Assembly (NCBI GenBank): GCA_050084515.1
Contig: CM114271.1
Location: 37,386,001-37,450,000, forward strand
Direction: 5' to 3'
From: Blasia pusilla
Taxonomy: Eukaryota
DNA length: 64,000 nt
The position numbers were made by a program, and so were the translations under genes. The notes beneath the pieces are model-generated. The model was not told the origin of the DNA and searched no databases. It worked only from the letters and a program-made list of their open reading frames with translations. Numbering within the stretch: the first letter of the stretch is position 1; each line of letters begins with the position of its first letter. Below, one piece after another: positions 50,521-64,000 of the stretch.

Positions 50521-52812
50521 AAAATGTGGAATGCTTATTATGTTTGAAGGGATGAGCTCCAATCATGATAAGAGAGAGGAAAACAAGAATTAGCTAGCAG
50601 CAAGAAATAAGAAAATTGAATGAGATCAATATGAGTGAGAACTTTTTGATTTGTGACTTTTCATCAAATATTTATCTAAATTTTTTCCAAGGTTTCTAGG
50701 TTGCTACATGATTTGATGTGAAATAAAATGATGTTCCAATGAATCAAGGAGTTCTAAGAGATATTCCAAATCTCACATTCTCAATTTATCGTAAGTTGAG
50801 ATCTCTTGAAATTTTTTTAAAGGTATTAAGAAAAGGAAGACCAATTTGAATTGGATGCACATAAATTCTTTTACCACATACTAAACGATAGCAACTCCCA
50901 AAAACATGCCATGACACGAATAATAATATGGTCTATAGATGTAGAATAACTATTTTACAAATTTGGATGAGTGGAAGGGGTTTAGGAGGAGATTTCAAAG
51001 TTAGGTAGTTTCTTTTCACGATAAATTTGAATGAGATATATGAACATATGCTATTATTGGAAAAATAGGGTTGTATATAAGGAGAGTCTTTCATAGTCTA
51101 AGTTTATGTTTTTCGAAGAAGAAATATGAGGTGCCATATAACTTTTCCTTGAACGGCAAACAAGGTCATAAAATTATATGGCCGTAAAACACATTATAAT
51201 TATGGCCTATATATGTACGCATCGAATTTAATGCCTCAAAGCTATTCAATCTTATTTCTGGTGGAATACGTTAGGATCAGCTTCAAACACTCAGACATGA
51301 AATGCATTTGCCAATTTCTATGCTCCTTGACTTAGCATATATGAAAGCAACTCATTTGCTTGATCGTATGAGACTAGCATAAGATGATGGGCAATTTCCT
51401 GAATTTTTCCCTCTGCCTATAGATCTAGACAACCACAAATTACCTCCATTTTTTTCCTGATTTTGACGATGTAGTCATTGTGTCGTCAACTCTTGGAAAT
51501 GCCATTGCACATGTCACTACATCTTATTTCCCCTAGACTTCACATAACTCAGAGGAAGTTCCAACAATCCCCACTATCCCAAAGGACAACTTTGAAACAA
51601 AGCTTCTTGCAGGATCACCAAACAAATGAAAGTGTGCCTAATTCACCCTGGCTTACTCTAAACTCCAGGTGTGCCACTATATAAGCAACACTTTCATTAT
51701 GTAAATCTTCATGCTATTTTACTTGTCCTTTCCTTTTTTGAATTCTAACATTATTTTATCTTCTCGTTTGGACAAGATTCCCATACACTTTTGGACGTCA
51801 TTATGATTCTCATCAGATTGAATATGATTTCGATCATAAATTTTGTGTTTCCATATGCTTTGCATACATTTTGAGATCAGTCTTCTGTTTGCAAAAATTA
51901 CTATGATAATTTCCATCAAATTTGTTTTATGTGTATTCTTAGGCATGTACATCTACTTTCTCTTCCAGTATGCCACTAGGCAAGATATAATGTATGCAAA
52001 CTTATACTTTTGACAACTTTATACCTCAATGCATATCATTGAAGGATTTTTGCTATTTTAAGTTTTCTACTCCAGTACTCAATAACATACTCATGGTTCT
52101 AAATCCTATTTCTTATTGTATTTTATAATCAAGCCTTCAAATGTTGATTCACGTTTTCTATACATTGTTTCATTTCAATCATAATTATTCTTCCAATTTA
52201 TATACTCTACTTTCAACATCATATTGACAACCCATAAATCTTGTTCTATTTTGCATACTTTTATTTATAGTTTCTTTCCAATTAATGCAATACTGTTGCT
52301 GAATATCTTTTCTATTGCATCAAGACGTGGACCATTGCATCAAGCACGTACTAGTCCTTCCACTTCAAGAGTTCAATTTAATGACACTCCTGGGTCATTT
52401 CAACATGACACACATAACTCATCATCTGACTTTGCTGATCAGCATGACTTTCCTGATCAGCATGGTTTAGGAGCAGTTGAGCATCTTGAAGACCAAATTC
52501 TGAAGATGTCAAATGAGATAGAACATCTCAACAACTTGTTGAATTCTTCTCTAGAAGATAGTCGGGATGAGAACTCTGAAGTTGAGTGCATTAAAAAGCA
52601 ATTGAAAGAAGCCAAAGACCAATTCTCTGATTTTGCAAAGGACATACATCCTCTACTAGAGAACAATCCTAAGTTGTAACTCTAGTTAGCTTTGATCCAA
52701 TCCATGTTGCGTGACTATAGAGGATAAACTCAGTAGAGTAGAGATGCAGTGCCAATGCACCATCAAGCAGGTACTCGTGTATCTACTTACTAGAGTACAA
52801 GAGTGCTCCGAT

Positions 52813-52939
52813 TGCCTACTAAAACATACACTTGCAGATTTTGAATTGCCTTCCTAACACTATAAGGCTAAACTCTGAATGCCTACTGAAACATACACTT
52901 GCAGATTTTGAATTGCCTTACTATCACTACAAGGCTAAA
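52813..52939. repeat. 67-bp tandem duplication (2 copies)
   Basis: tgcctact(a/g)aaacatacacttgcagattttgaattgcctt...aaggctaaa at 52813 and 52880. Confidence 0.9.
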
Positions 52940-53000
52940 TTATGACCTCCTCAAAAATTTGATTTCTCCTTCACTTCCTTGCAAATATTTTTTGAGTTCT

Positions 53001-53361
53001 TTTGAAATATATTCAACCTTTCTTGCAGACTTTGATTCTCTTGCAATTCATTGGATCATTACAATGTTTTATTTCTTTGAATAAACTTTATTTGATATTT
53101 TATTTCACTCTATAACTGTCAAATACTTAGTAATATTGAAAAGCCGCATCAAATCAATGATAAACTATTCTTCAAATAAATTTTAATAATTTTGCAAAGC
53201 ATACTTCACACTATGCCAATATTCTTAACAAATCTACATATCAAAGTTTGAGTGAAGTTTAAGTCTGCAAGAAAGGTTGAATATATTTCAAATATTAATA
53301 TCAAATATTTGAATATATTTAAACTTCAAACTTCTTGCAAACTTCAGTTAAACTTCACTCA
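53001..53361. repeat. Inverted repeats: perfect 32-bp pair (53001-53032 and 53261-53292) plus imperfect palindrome 53249-53361
   Basis: tttgaaatatattcaacctttcttgcagactt is the exact reverse complement of aagtctgcaagaaaggttgaatatatttcaaa. tgagtgaagtttaa pairs with ttaaacttcactca. Confidence 0.9.
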
Positions 53362-55693
53362 GTCCTAACATTCATTCCAAACTCTGTATAATATAATTTT
53401 TTTTTGCCACGATCATATCTCCTGAATGGTCCAAGAGATTTTCAATGCAGGGGACATACCTTGTGGGACGGAAGCATGTCCCAGGAAATATCTTGCAAAA
53501 ATTTACGATATAACACCCACACGATCTGCCTATTCAAGCTGCATACTTGTTTCACATTTATATTGTAGTGGAAGGAAGAGAGCTTACTTAATATACGTGG
53601 AGAAATATTATAAAAGAGAAGAATCCTCATGATAGAATGTTAAGATGTCTCTTTTAAGAAAATTGGGAATATTTTCGAAATAGTTTTTAAAATAAAGCAT
53701 GCATAAAAAAGAGAAATACTCCGTAAACTGTAACACGTGTCATTGTACACACGTCCAAAGACATCGGGGGAGCTTCGAAAGTTTTGTTTCAAAGCTCCTC
53801 CTACTTTTGACGCCATGGCCATCTAAATATATTATATCCTCTTCTAGCTATAGCTAGATTATGGATGCCTTCCTCTCGCTGGAAGGCTTGACTCCAAAGT
53901 CTCCCCTTTAGCTTGCCTCCCACTATTCATCATAATAGACGTATTCCCCAAACAACTCAACACGGTCTCTTGCATACCCTATACATACATGCTCCCTCTC
54001 ATGGGGGCAAATTCCAAGTTCCAAAAATATCACATGTCCAATTAAAGAGAGAGAGAGAGGGCAGAGCAAGTTTACTTAGAAAAGAAACGACTGCCATATG
54101 GAATTTATTGTTGTAATTTTAGTTTACAATCTGTTATGGATCGACTCATGAGATCATGCTGGGATGTGCCACCGCCTTTGCCTTTAATTTTTATTAAAAT
54201 TCTTTTTCACAATTTGTGTGTGGGGGGGAAACTTCATCGATCTTGCTTGCTCCCGTTTCCTTCCTAGTTCCATGGATTCTACCTCCCTCGTTCCCTAATT
54301 CGCTCCCTCCCATAGCCAAAGATGGAGTTTCCACATGTTTGAGGAGAACAATTAAAAATGTGACCCTCATCATTATTCTTTCGCTCTTTCTAGATTTAGA
54401 AGCTCACTTTGGGTTAGCCCTTGTTGGAATCGGATGCAAAACAGGAAATATACACTTTAATAGAAACTGGGATGCAAAAGAGAACAAAACAAATAAAAAA
54501 CGAGATCTGCCTTAGGGTTAGCCTTGAGGGTCGGGAATAAAAAAAACAACGAAACAAAACTCGATCTTTAATTGCGATTCTAGGAAGATACTATATGCCT
54601 TAAATACTCGGATGGGTGCACGTCTCAGCTCATTATGGAGAGGGTGCTCTTTTGCATCCCAAAATGCATACTTTTCGTGGGGTCAAGAATCCCATGAACT
54701 TTATTTTAGGAGTGCATGACATTTTATGGGACTTACTAAAGAACTTGAGTTTGAACTTGGACACCGTTCTTCATGCTCGAATGGACTTGTGAGGGAGTCG
54801 TATATAGGTGCCCTTATTCGTCTTACCTTCCACTTCTTTTATCCTTGTCTTCTACCTATGTGGTCTATTAGTACTAATTTAAAATCCAAGACTTCTACTC
54901 TTCGTTTTGGAGCGTATCATGTTTGTTATCATTAGAGTGGCCTTGTTCTAAACCCACACCAGTTGCTTAGCCCATAATCTTCCCTTTGCTTAGCGCTTCA
55001 TTTTGGGTGATTGGCTTTCGTAACAAACGCTTAGAGGCCATTGTCTCTACAAAAGGAGGTTGCACCTTAACAATGACCCCATTAGAAGTCGAACTCAAAT
55101 AAGTGCATTCTGGTTTCTTGATTTTTTTAAAAAGGGGTTTTAATTCACACAAGTTTTGATACTCATGTGTTGCAGCATTAATATTTGGTACGTAATATCA
55201 TGTTAAAAATTTAATGTTATTTATTTAAAATAGACATGTATAGATGAGAATAAAAATAATCAGACTCAGAAATATTTATGACCATCGAAGGGTCCGCTCT
55301 ACGAAGGAGATTTACAAGTGAGAAATTTTCTTCCATTTTTAAGAGTATTTTCTAATCCAAAAGAGCATGTATTAAAGACGTTAAATCATAACACCTAGGA
55401 GAGTAATGAATGATATGAGAGATACCTTGGCTTTGATGCTTTTACCTCGAAAAAGTCAAATAAAGAAGACGGGAGATTATATTATATCAAAAAGTGGATT
55501 ACAATAAGAAAAAAGAGGTCAACCACTTTCAAGACCATGTTGGGTCGTATTAAGAAAAAAAAGGACCTTTTATATCGGAGGACGTTTTATTTCCTTTATG
55601 TTAAGGTGGTTTGGTTGTGTTCCATAACAATTCACACATTTTCAAATCTCCTTTCCATATGTAACGTGTTCTTTCTAGTATTATTAAAATAAA

Positions 55694-56735
55694 CTAGTAA
55701 AATGCCCAAGCGATGCATAGTCAGCATAGCATTCAAATTTTAATTAAACACTTTTTTTATCAATTAGTGTGATAGGTTTACATTTTTGTTAAGTAGCCAC
55801 ATGTCATGTGAAGGGGAACATCATAATAGATAGTCACATTATGCACTCTGCAATGCTTCATTTCCTCCTAAAACTCTTGAGAAATTCTATGATTACATGT
55901 CGATGTGTACTTCATGTTTGAGAATCTAGAGTAGGAAGGATGATGATAGAAATCAAGGCAAGAAATCATCATAAGTTACTATTTCTATATTATTAATCGT
56001 GTAAAGGGGATTTCATGTTTGGAGAATATTCTAGTGGTTTAAAGAAAAAAGTTAAATATGATATATTCTTGTGAAGAAAGAGAATAAGATGAATCTTTAC
56101 ATGACTTTGTATGAATGGAACATTTGATATTCTTCTTTGTGTAAAAGTGAATGAAAATTATATTTATTGCAAAATGAATATTCTGAAAGAATTTCTATCT
56201 CATCATGGAATGAAATAACGTCTATTTCCTTTTGTATAGTGGAGAGAACATTGTTAATTGAGGAATTTTAAAAAATTACCAATTAATTTGGTACAATCTC
56301 GTGACAAAGTTCACTTATGCATATGGTAGTAACATGCATGTCTGTTATTGCTCATCTTTTTTTGGGGTCCGTAAGTGGAATTTCCAAATAAAAAATATGT
56401 CCAACATTGTGAAGGTTTCGTAACTTGACGTTGAGATGTTGGGTGAGAAGAATGTGATGAGTTAGCGATCGATAAAGTCATGCAAGGGAGGGGTAGAAAG
56501 ATCCCACACAAAATTTCAGGGGAGAAATACAACCTCTTGAAAAATCCATAAATTCATTTTACACTACACTCCTACTTTTGGAGCAAGGTTTGAGCACATT
56601 GACCTTGGAGTGGTTTCCATTGAAGTCTCCAATGAGTTTCCAATGCCAAATTGATTTCAAGTCCTTAATTGATTCTTTCTAAATGCTTATTCTTACCGAT
56701 GCACCATATCAATGTTGTTGCATAATTTTATAGGA
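55694..56735 (-). mobile_element. Possible non-autonomous Helitron remnant
   Basis: a|CTAGtaaaatgcccaagcgatgcat resembles the reverse-strand 3' end of plant Helitrons (CTAG plus an adjacent degenerate hairpin). The 5' A|TC end at about 56735 is speculative. Confidence 0.3.
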
Positions 56736-59700
56736 TTATTATTATCAGTATTTACCAAGTGTTGTAGGATTTGAGATTTTTTCCAACGACTGAAATCCAT
56801 ATAGCACCTCCAAAAGCTTTGAGATGGGTTTTACGGTCTCATTAATAGATAAACTCTACATAAAGTGAAATTTCCCTTCAAATTTTGGTGCATGCCTAAA
56901 ACGCTTTCTTCCCGCACAAGGAAAAATTTGGATTTATCCATTGATTTATTGAAAAAATTCCTTCTAATTGAAAACACAAGGAAAGACAAGGGAATTATTT
57001 CTTTTTCCAGATTCGGAGTTCACTAGCCCCATCTCTTCAATCAGTAAAAGAGAAGAACAATAAAAAAGTGCGTTCTAATTCTTATTTTGTAACAAAAGAA
57101 AAGACAAGAGAGTGATTTTCTTTTCCTTGGATCCTAAATTTATTAGACCCATCTATGATGAATAATGTATTCATATTTAATTTTACAAAGTTGTAGCCTA
57201 TAGACTTAGGATGTGGGACACCGGAGAAAAGAAAATTGGGTAGATGTGAATGGATGTGGATGCTGACTGGATCAGTTGGAAAATTTAATTTACTGGGGAC
57301 TTTGGACACCTAGAAAATATTAAAAATCGAAGTAAATAAATGAATATGAAGGTATTTGGAGAGTGGCGGGATCACATGGAAGGGAGATAAGAGGGAGAGT
57401 TAAGTGGGGGGCGGAGAAAAAGATTAAAGCAAGTCTAAAAAGTGGATAAAAATGGGGTAGTTTTTTTGGTTAGTTCGTGTTATTGGATTCCAACGTTTTC
57501 CCTCGCTTTTCCCTTTAAAATATTTCCATTGGAATCTCCTGCATGTCATCTGACGAAGGAGTCCTCTTGGAACTTTTTCCGAGTTCCACGCAATCGCCGA
57601 CAAACCCATATGGAGCAACTATTTTCGACCTCCACGTATCGATAGAAATCCTCTCGCAAGTTCCACCTCTCACTCATTTGGAACAACAACAAACTTGTTA
57701 TGAATGAGCGATTCCATGCCTTCAAGTGGACAAAGACGTCTTCTTGTGGACATGGGGTTGTGGAATCTATGTGCCAACAACCTCAAAAGTGTAGGTATTT
57801 CAGGTATCCTCCAAGACGTTTTCCCAAGCACGTACACGGAAGCTTTCATAGCAATTCTCTTAGAAGTTCAACGGTGATATATGGAGCAACGGTCCCCGCC
57901 CTTCAAGTATTCATTGACCCCTCTTATGCCTTTTCCCAAGTTCAAAGGACGTATCAACAAAGCCATATAGAGGAACGATCCAAAACCTTTGAAGTATTCA
58001 TAAAGCGTACGTAGAAGCACGAAGAGGAATGACAAAAACGTCACTAGAGAGAGAGAGGGACCGAGGAGGGAGGGAAGGAGGTGGGGGGCATCGCTTTTGC
58101 CGTTGTCCTATGACACTCCCAGACGAAGACTCCCCACCCCCCCATTCTAGGGAACCGTCACCCCCACTCTACCAAGTCCCTAAGCCCCTCGCCCACCTTC
58201 TCTCATCCAAACCAGCTAAGCTTAGGGTTTGTCCACATGCCAACTTCCAAACCTTATTCTTTTCTTTCCCCACAAGAAGAGATCTATATATCCAGCCCCT
58301 CCAGCTCATCAAAGGTGGCTCGAAACGGAAATGAAAGAATAATCCTTTCCGCCTTCGCCTCCTCTCGCGTACGTACCCCTTCCTCCCCTCCCTTCTCTCC
58401 TCCTGAGAGCTTCAGGGAACCGAAGCCAGCACATCTCCACATTCCTGGCCCTTTGTCAGGCCCACCACATGCCATGACCTCCTTCCTCATCTCCTCTCCA
58501 CCTCCGACCTCCGACTCCTCGGGTCGTCTCCGTCAGTTACCATGGGTCGATGGATGGACGGATGCCCGACGGACCACTCGCCTTCCCCGCAGCACAGCGC
58601 AGCACAGCACAGCTCAGTACAGGACCAGTCGAGTCCCATTGCTCCAGTGCAGGGCGGAACCTGGTACGTGGCTAAGTTAAGTAAATCTACTCAACTCAGT
58701 ACATGGGCGATCAAGTGGCCGCTTACCGTAGGTACGTGTGGGCTGGAGGATTCCCTCCAACTCGTATATTACCGAATAAGAAGCGAACAACCGGGAGCAC
58801 GCTACGTGCACGCATACTGACGCGCTCGTGTTGCCGCACGATTCCGCCGGAACCCGTGGTTGCACAGTATGGAGACGTTAGTAGTATGTATGTACACTTG
58901 ATCCGGTTTAGCAGTAGCCCGCACACCCGCAGTCGCGGAACTCGATATGAACTCCGTGTACGGGCGTTTATTCAGGACGTAGGGGGTAATTGTTGCCACT
59001 ACAGGGCCGAGGTAAGGTAAATGTCGGGCAGACTGCTTACTGGGCCGTTCCTCTGTATGTTAACTTAACCCTCCACCACGACGAGGTTACTACTCTTACC
59101 GCTTGTGCGTCCACCGCGCGACGTTAACTGAGTACAGTTGCGGTCGCATCTTTAATGGTCGTCGATACGATCACCCAAGATTGTCGGTTTTAGCTTTTAT
59201 CCTTTCTTTAATAAGGACATGTGCAGCGATGAGATGGCGATCCGATGAAAATTTTACATATTATGAAAAAAATAAACGTCAGTCTAGAAACGTCTGATTG
59301 GTTGGATTCGTTAGCAGTATGACTCAACATGATTTTAGTCGTTCTTTCGTCATATCTGCTATTCTAATTTTGAAAGATTTGACATTTTTATAGACTAAGA
59401 TTGCTGTTTATTCCATGTCTTTCAAAAGCTCTGTAAGGAAAAAAAAATTTAGGATCTGCGTGTGAGAAATATATTTGAAAGTTTCTCACTTTCTTTCAAG
59501 TCTATGCATTTTCAATAAAGAAATTTGATTAATATCGGGATTGTAAGAGTTATCGTCGCAATGATTCGTCCTCGAACTTCTTAGACCTCTTTTGCTGTTT
59601 TATTTGTCAATCTTAAATGTTTGAATCCGTAGTAGTTCGCATTAAGATATGTGACCAATCTCATCATACAAGATCTCATCATACAAGACTTTGTACGTGT

Positions 59701-61349
59701 AATATGAATGGAAGAACGGGTTAGGGAATAGGATGAAATTCCAATTATTAGAGAAGTTTAGGAATCATGAGATTCAATTCGAGCAGTCGCACGTGTGAAC
59801 GTAAATGGACCTGGATGAATGATTGATCACATTTTCCCGTGATTCTCTAAAAATAAAATAAAAGAATCTGAGAAAGCGATATATTGGAGAAAACAGGAAG
59901 TCCCAAAACTAAAATAAAATAAAAACACCGAATGAGTTAATGAGAAATAAACTCGTGAGACTGACTTTGAGAAAAAAAAAGTGGCTAATTTAGGAAGATT
60001 AGGGCATGTGAATAGAGCGTAGCTCGCTGGGGATGTAATTAGGGGGGTGGGTGAAATTTAGCCGGGCCCAGAGTGACGGGACCTTTCTTAAACGCTACGG
60101 GATGCTTTCCGCGTGGCGCTTCCCGTGTTGTTGGCCGCACACGACCGCAACTACGCATGCATAGTGACCCCCCTCTCAATGGTCCCAAGAACCTCCCGGA
60201 CTTGGCCCATATCTTCGGTATCAGGGCTTGTTGAGCGGCGTCCCGTGGAAAAATTTGTAGGTATCAGATTTCCTCTTACGGGTACCTTTAACAGGAACGG
60301 TTCCATCCGTGGGACGCCTTATTGTCCATTCCGATCCTGGGATAGGAACGCAGGCGCACTAACATGGCCTAATATCTAAAATATTAATGCTGGTGAGATG
60401 GAGGGCATTCGTTGCCAGTGGCAATGGGAAGTGAAGAGTGCTAATAGTGCTGATTCCTCCACGACGACACGTGTCACAGTTTTTAAGTATCCAATAAAAT
60501 CGAGTATGAAGGGTGGCGAGGGGTCGTTAAGTTAAGGGATGGCAGGGAGGTGTGGAGGGAGAGTTTCCTGAGCTTGATTTAGGGGCATGGTTTAACCAGT
60601 GTGCCAGGAGCATGAATTAACCTGTGAGCCGCCCTTTGAGAGGGGTGGGTATAGAGAATAATTAGTAAACACTAGTGGGGTACACATGGATACTGTAGAT
60701 GGAGAGAAAAAACACCAGGAAGTGCTTGTAGGGTGGACGGGGGGGTTCGTAATTACTTTTTCATGTATGTTTTTTAAAATTAAATAGATGGGATTTACTT
60801 TAAAAATAAATTTCATCTCATTTAATTTAAAAATTAAAACTTTCCCTTAAAATTTGAAAATATAAAATTTTGACCAGACTTATTAGGGAAATTTCGTTTC
60901 AATTAAAAATGGTGAAATCGAAAAACTATTCATAAAGTCAAGGAGGTGCCAAAAAATTGATGTTCTCATCTTTTTATGATTTCCTTTTGCGTCTTTTCAA
61001 TCTTCTCAAGATTCTTTTAAACGTGCATCACACTGGCAGTTCTCGGAAGAACAGCATGTAGTAACACCATTCCATTTCAATCATATAGTTTTTTAACCCG
61101 TGCTTTTCTGGTATGTGTAAGGTGGTACGCCAAATTTTGAGATCTAGAAAAATATTGTTCGAGAACAAACAGAAAAAATTACTCTTAATTTAAGTCGCGT
61201 TAACCTTAAAAAAAATTCTCTTTGGAAATTTCAGATTTTTACCGGATCAAAGATGATAAAAGACATTAGGATAATATACTTGAAATATTTGTAATAGTTG
61301 AAAATAAATAGATAAATAGAGCTCACGAAAGTTGAAAGAAAGAATCAAA

Positions 61350-64000
61350 GCGTAATATTGTCACCACAGTAGCGGAGAACCACGGACGACGTCATGGTCG
61401 ACTATGGTAAACTAGAGTCCTTTCCCAAGAAGATACAACTTGAGTTAGGGCAAGTCAAGTACAATGGAAGTACGTTTGGAAGGAGGAAACGGAGAGCAAA
61501 ATTTCCGTGGATAGGTTGGAGTCTAAGTCGGGAGGAGTTAGTCGAGAGCGAGGTGCCGGTAAAGACACGCCGTGCGTCTGTTTCGCTGGGAACAGGAGAG
61601 CAAGTACAGTAATAGTAAAGGTAAGAGGCCCTGGATGAGCGGGACGCGACACGCAAGTGCAGGGTGTCCATGTGCATTCATGTCACATCGTCACATGGCA
61701 TGCGTATGATACTCTCTGATGCTATGCGCATGCCAGCTTGCGACGTCCCGGTTGTCCCCATTGGATCCTGCCAGGTCCAGGAAAGGTACTATGGATCTCT
61801 GTCGGGGATGAGATTTACGGTTTACCACGCAAGATTTTAACCCCAAGGGCACGTGGACAGCCGGAAGGTTAATATACAGGCAGGTCAAGAGGACGCCACC
61901 CGTCGGTTTCTCGCTGTGGAGGCTGGGTTCGGAATCGACAGTACAAGGGCTGCTGGCACCACGGGTGGGCATTGACTGGGTGAAAGTCCAAGCGATGGAA
62001 CGAGGGAAGCGGAGGGATGAGTCCGATCCTCCGAGTCCGAGTCCGAGTCCGAGTCAGAGGAAGGATTCCCAATTTCCCACTTCTGTAGTCAAAGTAACGC
62101 AGGTACGTCGCGCGGTTCTGGTTTCACCGGGAAGTGGGAACCGGTACTTAGTCAAGACGCTAATAATTCTCCACACATTACGAGCAAGGGCACGTGTACG
62201 CTTCGGACGGGAGTAAATGTGCACGTCAATCCGAGTTGGATAATTTCTGGCACCACGTGGATGTGTCAGCTCTCGCCGGCACGTTCACTGCGCCCGGCCG
62301 GCAGTCGAAACTTGCCGGCATATTTGTCAGTCGCGCGAGAGCGATCTAGTGGCGCGCAGTGTTGCGGCCGACCATATCACGGGAAGAGGTCCTCGAGGAC
62401 TCCACGAGTCCACGACCCAGAGCGGGCGAGTGCGCAGTCGGGAAAGTTTCCGACATCCCGCCTTCCGTTCCGTGGGAAGATTTCGCATGACGGGATACGG
62501 GCACTCCGACGGGCCAAGACGACAAGGGAGGTGGGGGCGTGTGGGACGGGGTGGTGGGAAAGGGGGACTCGAGAGGCAGGAAACAACAACTGGCAAGCTA
62601 TGGATGGCATAAACCTACATGCATGGACGCATGGATACACGAATACATACATACATACATGGCATGGGGATTGTGGGCATGCCGTAGTAGATCGGGAAAA
62701 GCGAGCGGGCGTGCCTTATCCCGTTAGGCATCGCGCCACCGCTTTGGTACAGTAATAAGTAGAGCAGGGCAGGGCAGGAGTGACGACGGGGAGCGAGGGA
62801 GCGGCGGGAGCGGGTACAAGAATCCGTCCATAGTAGGGGCCGGCCGGGCAGGCGCGCGGTGACAGACAGAAGAGGCAGTCTAGAGCGAAAGAAAGGCGAG
62901 CGCAAACAATCGCCGAGGGCAAATCGCGAGCCCTTTCTGCCCTCGAAGTCGAGCGGAAGTGCAGCAGCGCTTGCTGGGAGGGCGAGGAGTTGAGGCTCGG
63001 CACAGTGCTCGGCAGCTGCAGCTCAGCGCACAAAAGACAGAAGAGACCAGTAGAGGAGTAGTGCTGCGCTGCTTGCTGGGCTGGCTGGCTGGCTGCGCTG
63101 GGCTGGCTGGGGTTGTTGGTTGCTTGGCTGGACGTCCCCCATCTCCTGCATACCCTGCGCCTTTTCCTTGCTTCTCCCTCCCATCCCATTCCATTCCACA
63201 GCCCGACTGCCTGACTGGACTGGACTGGACTTCACTGCCTGCCTGCCCGCCCGCCCGCCCGACTGCCTTCCTCTACTACTCCATCTTCCCCTAGCTCTGG
63301 ACTCCGGTGGAGGCGGAGGAGGAGGGAAGAAGAAGGGAGAGAAGAGAGAGGGAGCCAGACAAATTCCTCGCGGAGGAGCTTGTTCGATTGCGATTGTGTG
63401 TTGAGAGGACTTGTGTTGGTGTTGTTGTTGTTGTTGTCGTCACAGCCCCCTTAGGAACGGAGGTACTTCTTCTTCTTCAGCTTCTTCTTCTTCTTCATCA
63501 TCGTCGTCGTCGTCTTCTTCTTCATCCTCCGCTTTCCTCTGGTTTTTGCTTGCATATTGTGCTCTTCTTCTCATCCTCCTCCTGCGGCTTCCGCTTCGTC
63601 GGTTTCTTCTTCTGCTCCTTCTTCTTCTTGTTGCTTAGAAAGAATAGGGCCGCGTGTCGTGTCTCAAGCACTTCCTTGCTGCTCGCCGTGCTGTTGCTGA
63701 ATAGAGTGCACAGAACTGCTGTCACTGTCGCTTAGCGACCCACACTCTTCTTATCTGGGCTGAGTGTCGACCATCGGAGGTGAACCGAGCTGCTGATTCA
63801 GTTCCCTGTGTGTCCCTGAACAATTCTGTTTCTTACAGGTGCTCGTAGGACGAAAGCTAGTGGCAGGCAGTGGAATGTTGTGACAGTTGAAGGACGGAAA
63901 AGAGCACGCGCGATCGATTCGTCGGCGGGCATCGCGAAAGAGAGGCTCTGAGTCTTGAGATTATGGCCGGAACAGGTGGGCTGCCTCCTATAGCATCATC
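61350..64000 (+). promoter_or_regulatory. Probable promoter and long 5' UTR of a gene continuing beyond the window (possible ATG at 63963)
   Basis: CpG-rich with several ACGT-core motifs, a pyrimidine-rich low-complexity leader at 63170-63630, an acceptor-like ttcttacag ending at 63838, and attATGG opening MAGTGGLPPIAS. Confidence 0.35.

Noticed and set aside
57700-63735. Many overlapping 60-180 aa ORFs in GC-rich regions
   Set aside because: They have no recognisable domains and are expected from low stop-codon density and simple repeats.

Overview
This is eukaryotic land-plant nuclear DNA, probably from a bryophyte (inferred from gene style and TE types). It is mostly nested, decayed transposons around one intact six-exon host gene of the DUF760 family (At2g14910-like, 29551-34376 +, with a GC-AG intron). 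There are also two CpG-rich, promoter-like regions (about 34.8-39.6 kb and 57.9-64 kb). The main discovery is three copies of one retroelement family encoding gag (two Zn-knuckles), an aspartic protease and a C5-cytosine DNA methyltransferase domain: 2230-6530 (-), 7552-26938 (+) and 43722-47707 (+). The one copy with both ends has split direct repeats (A1-body-PPT-B1-A2-B2) instead of ordinary LTRs, TG...CA-type termini and CATT on both flanks. That copy is interrupted by a 13.5-kb CACTA (En/Spm) transposon (9076-22528), which itself contains a Copia solo LTR. Further Copia and Ty3/gypsy debris, microsatellites, inverted repeats and a candidate miRNA-like hairpin are present. All TE coding regions are pseudogenised. 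All alignments were done by eye and need computational confirmation.
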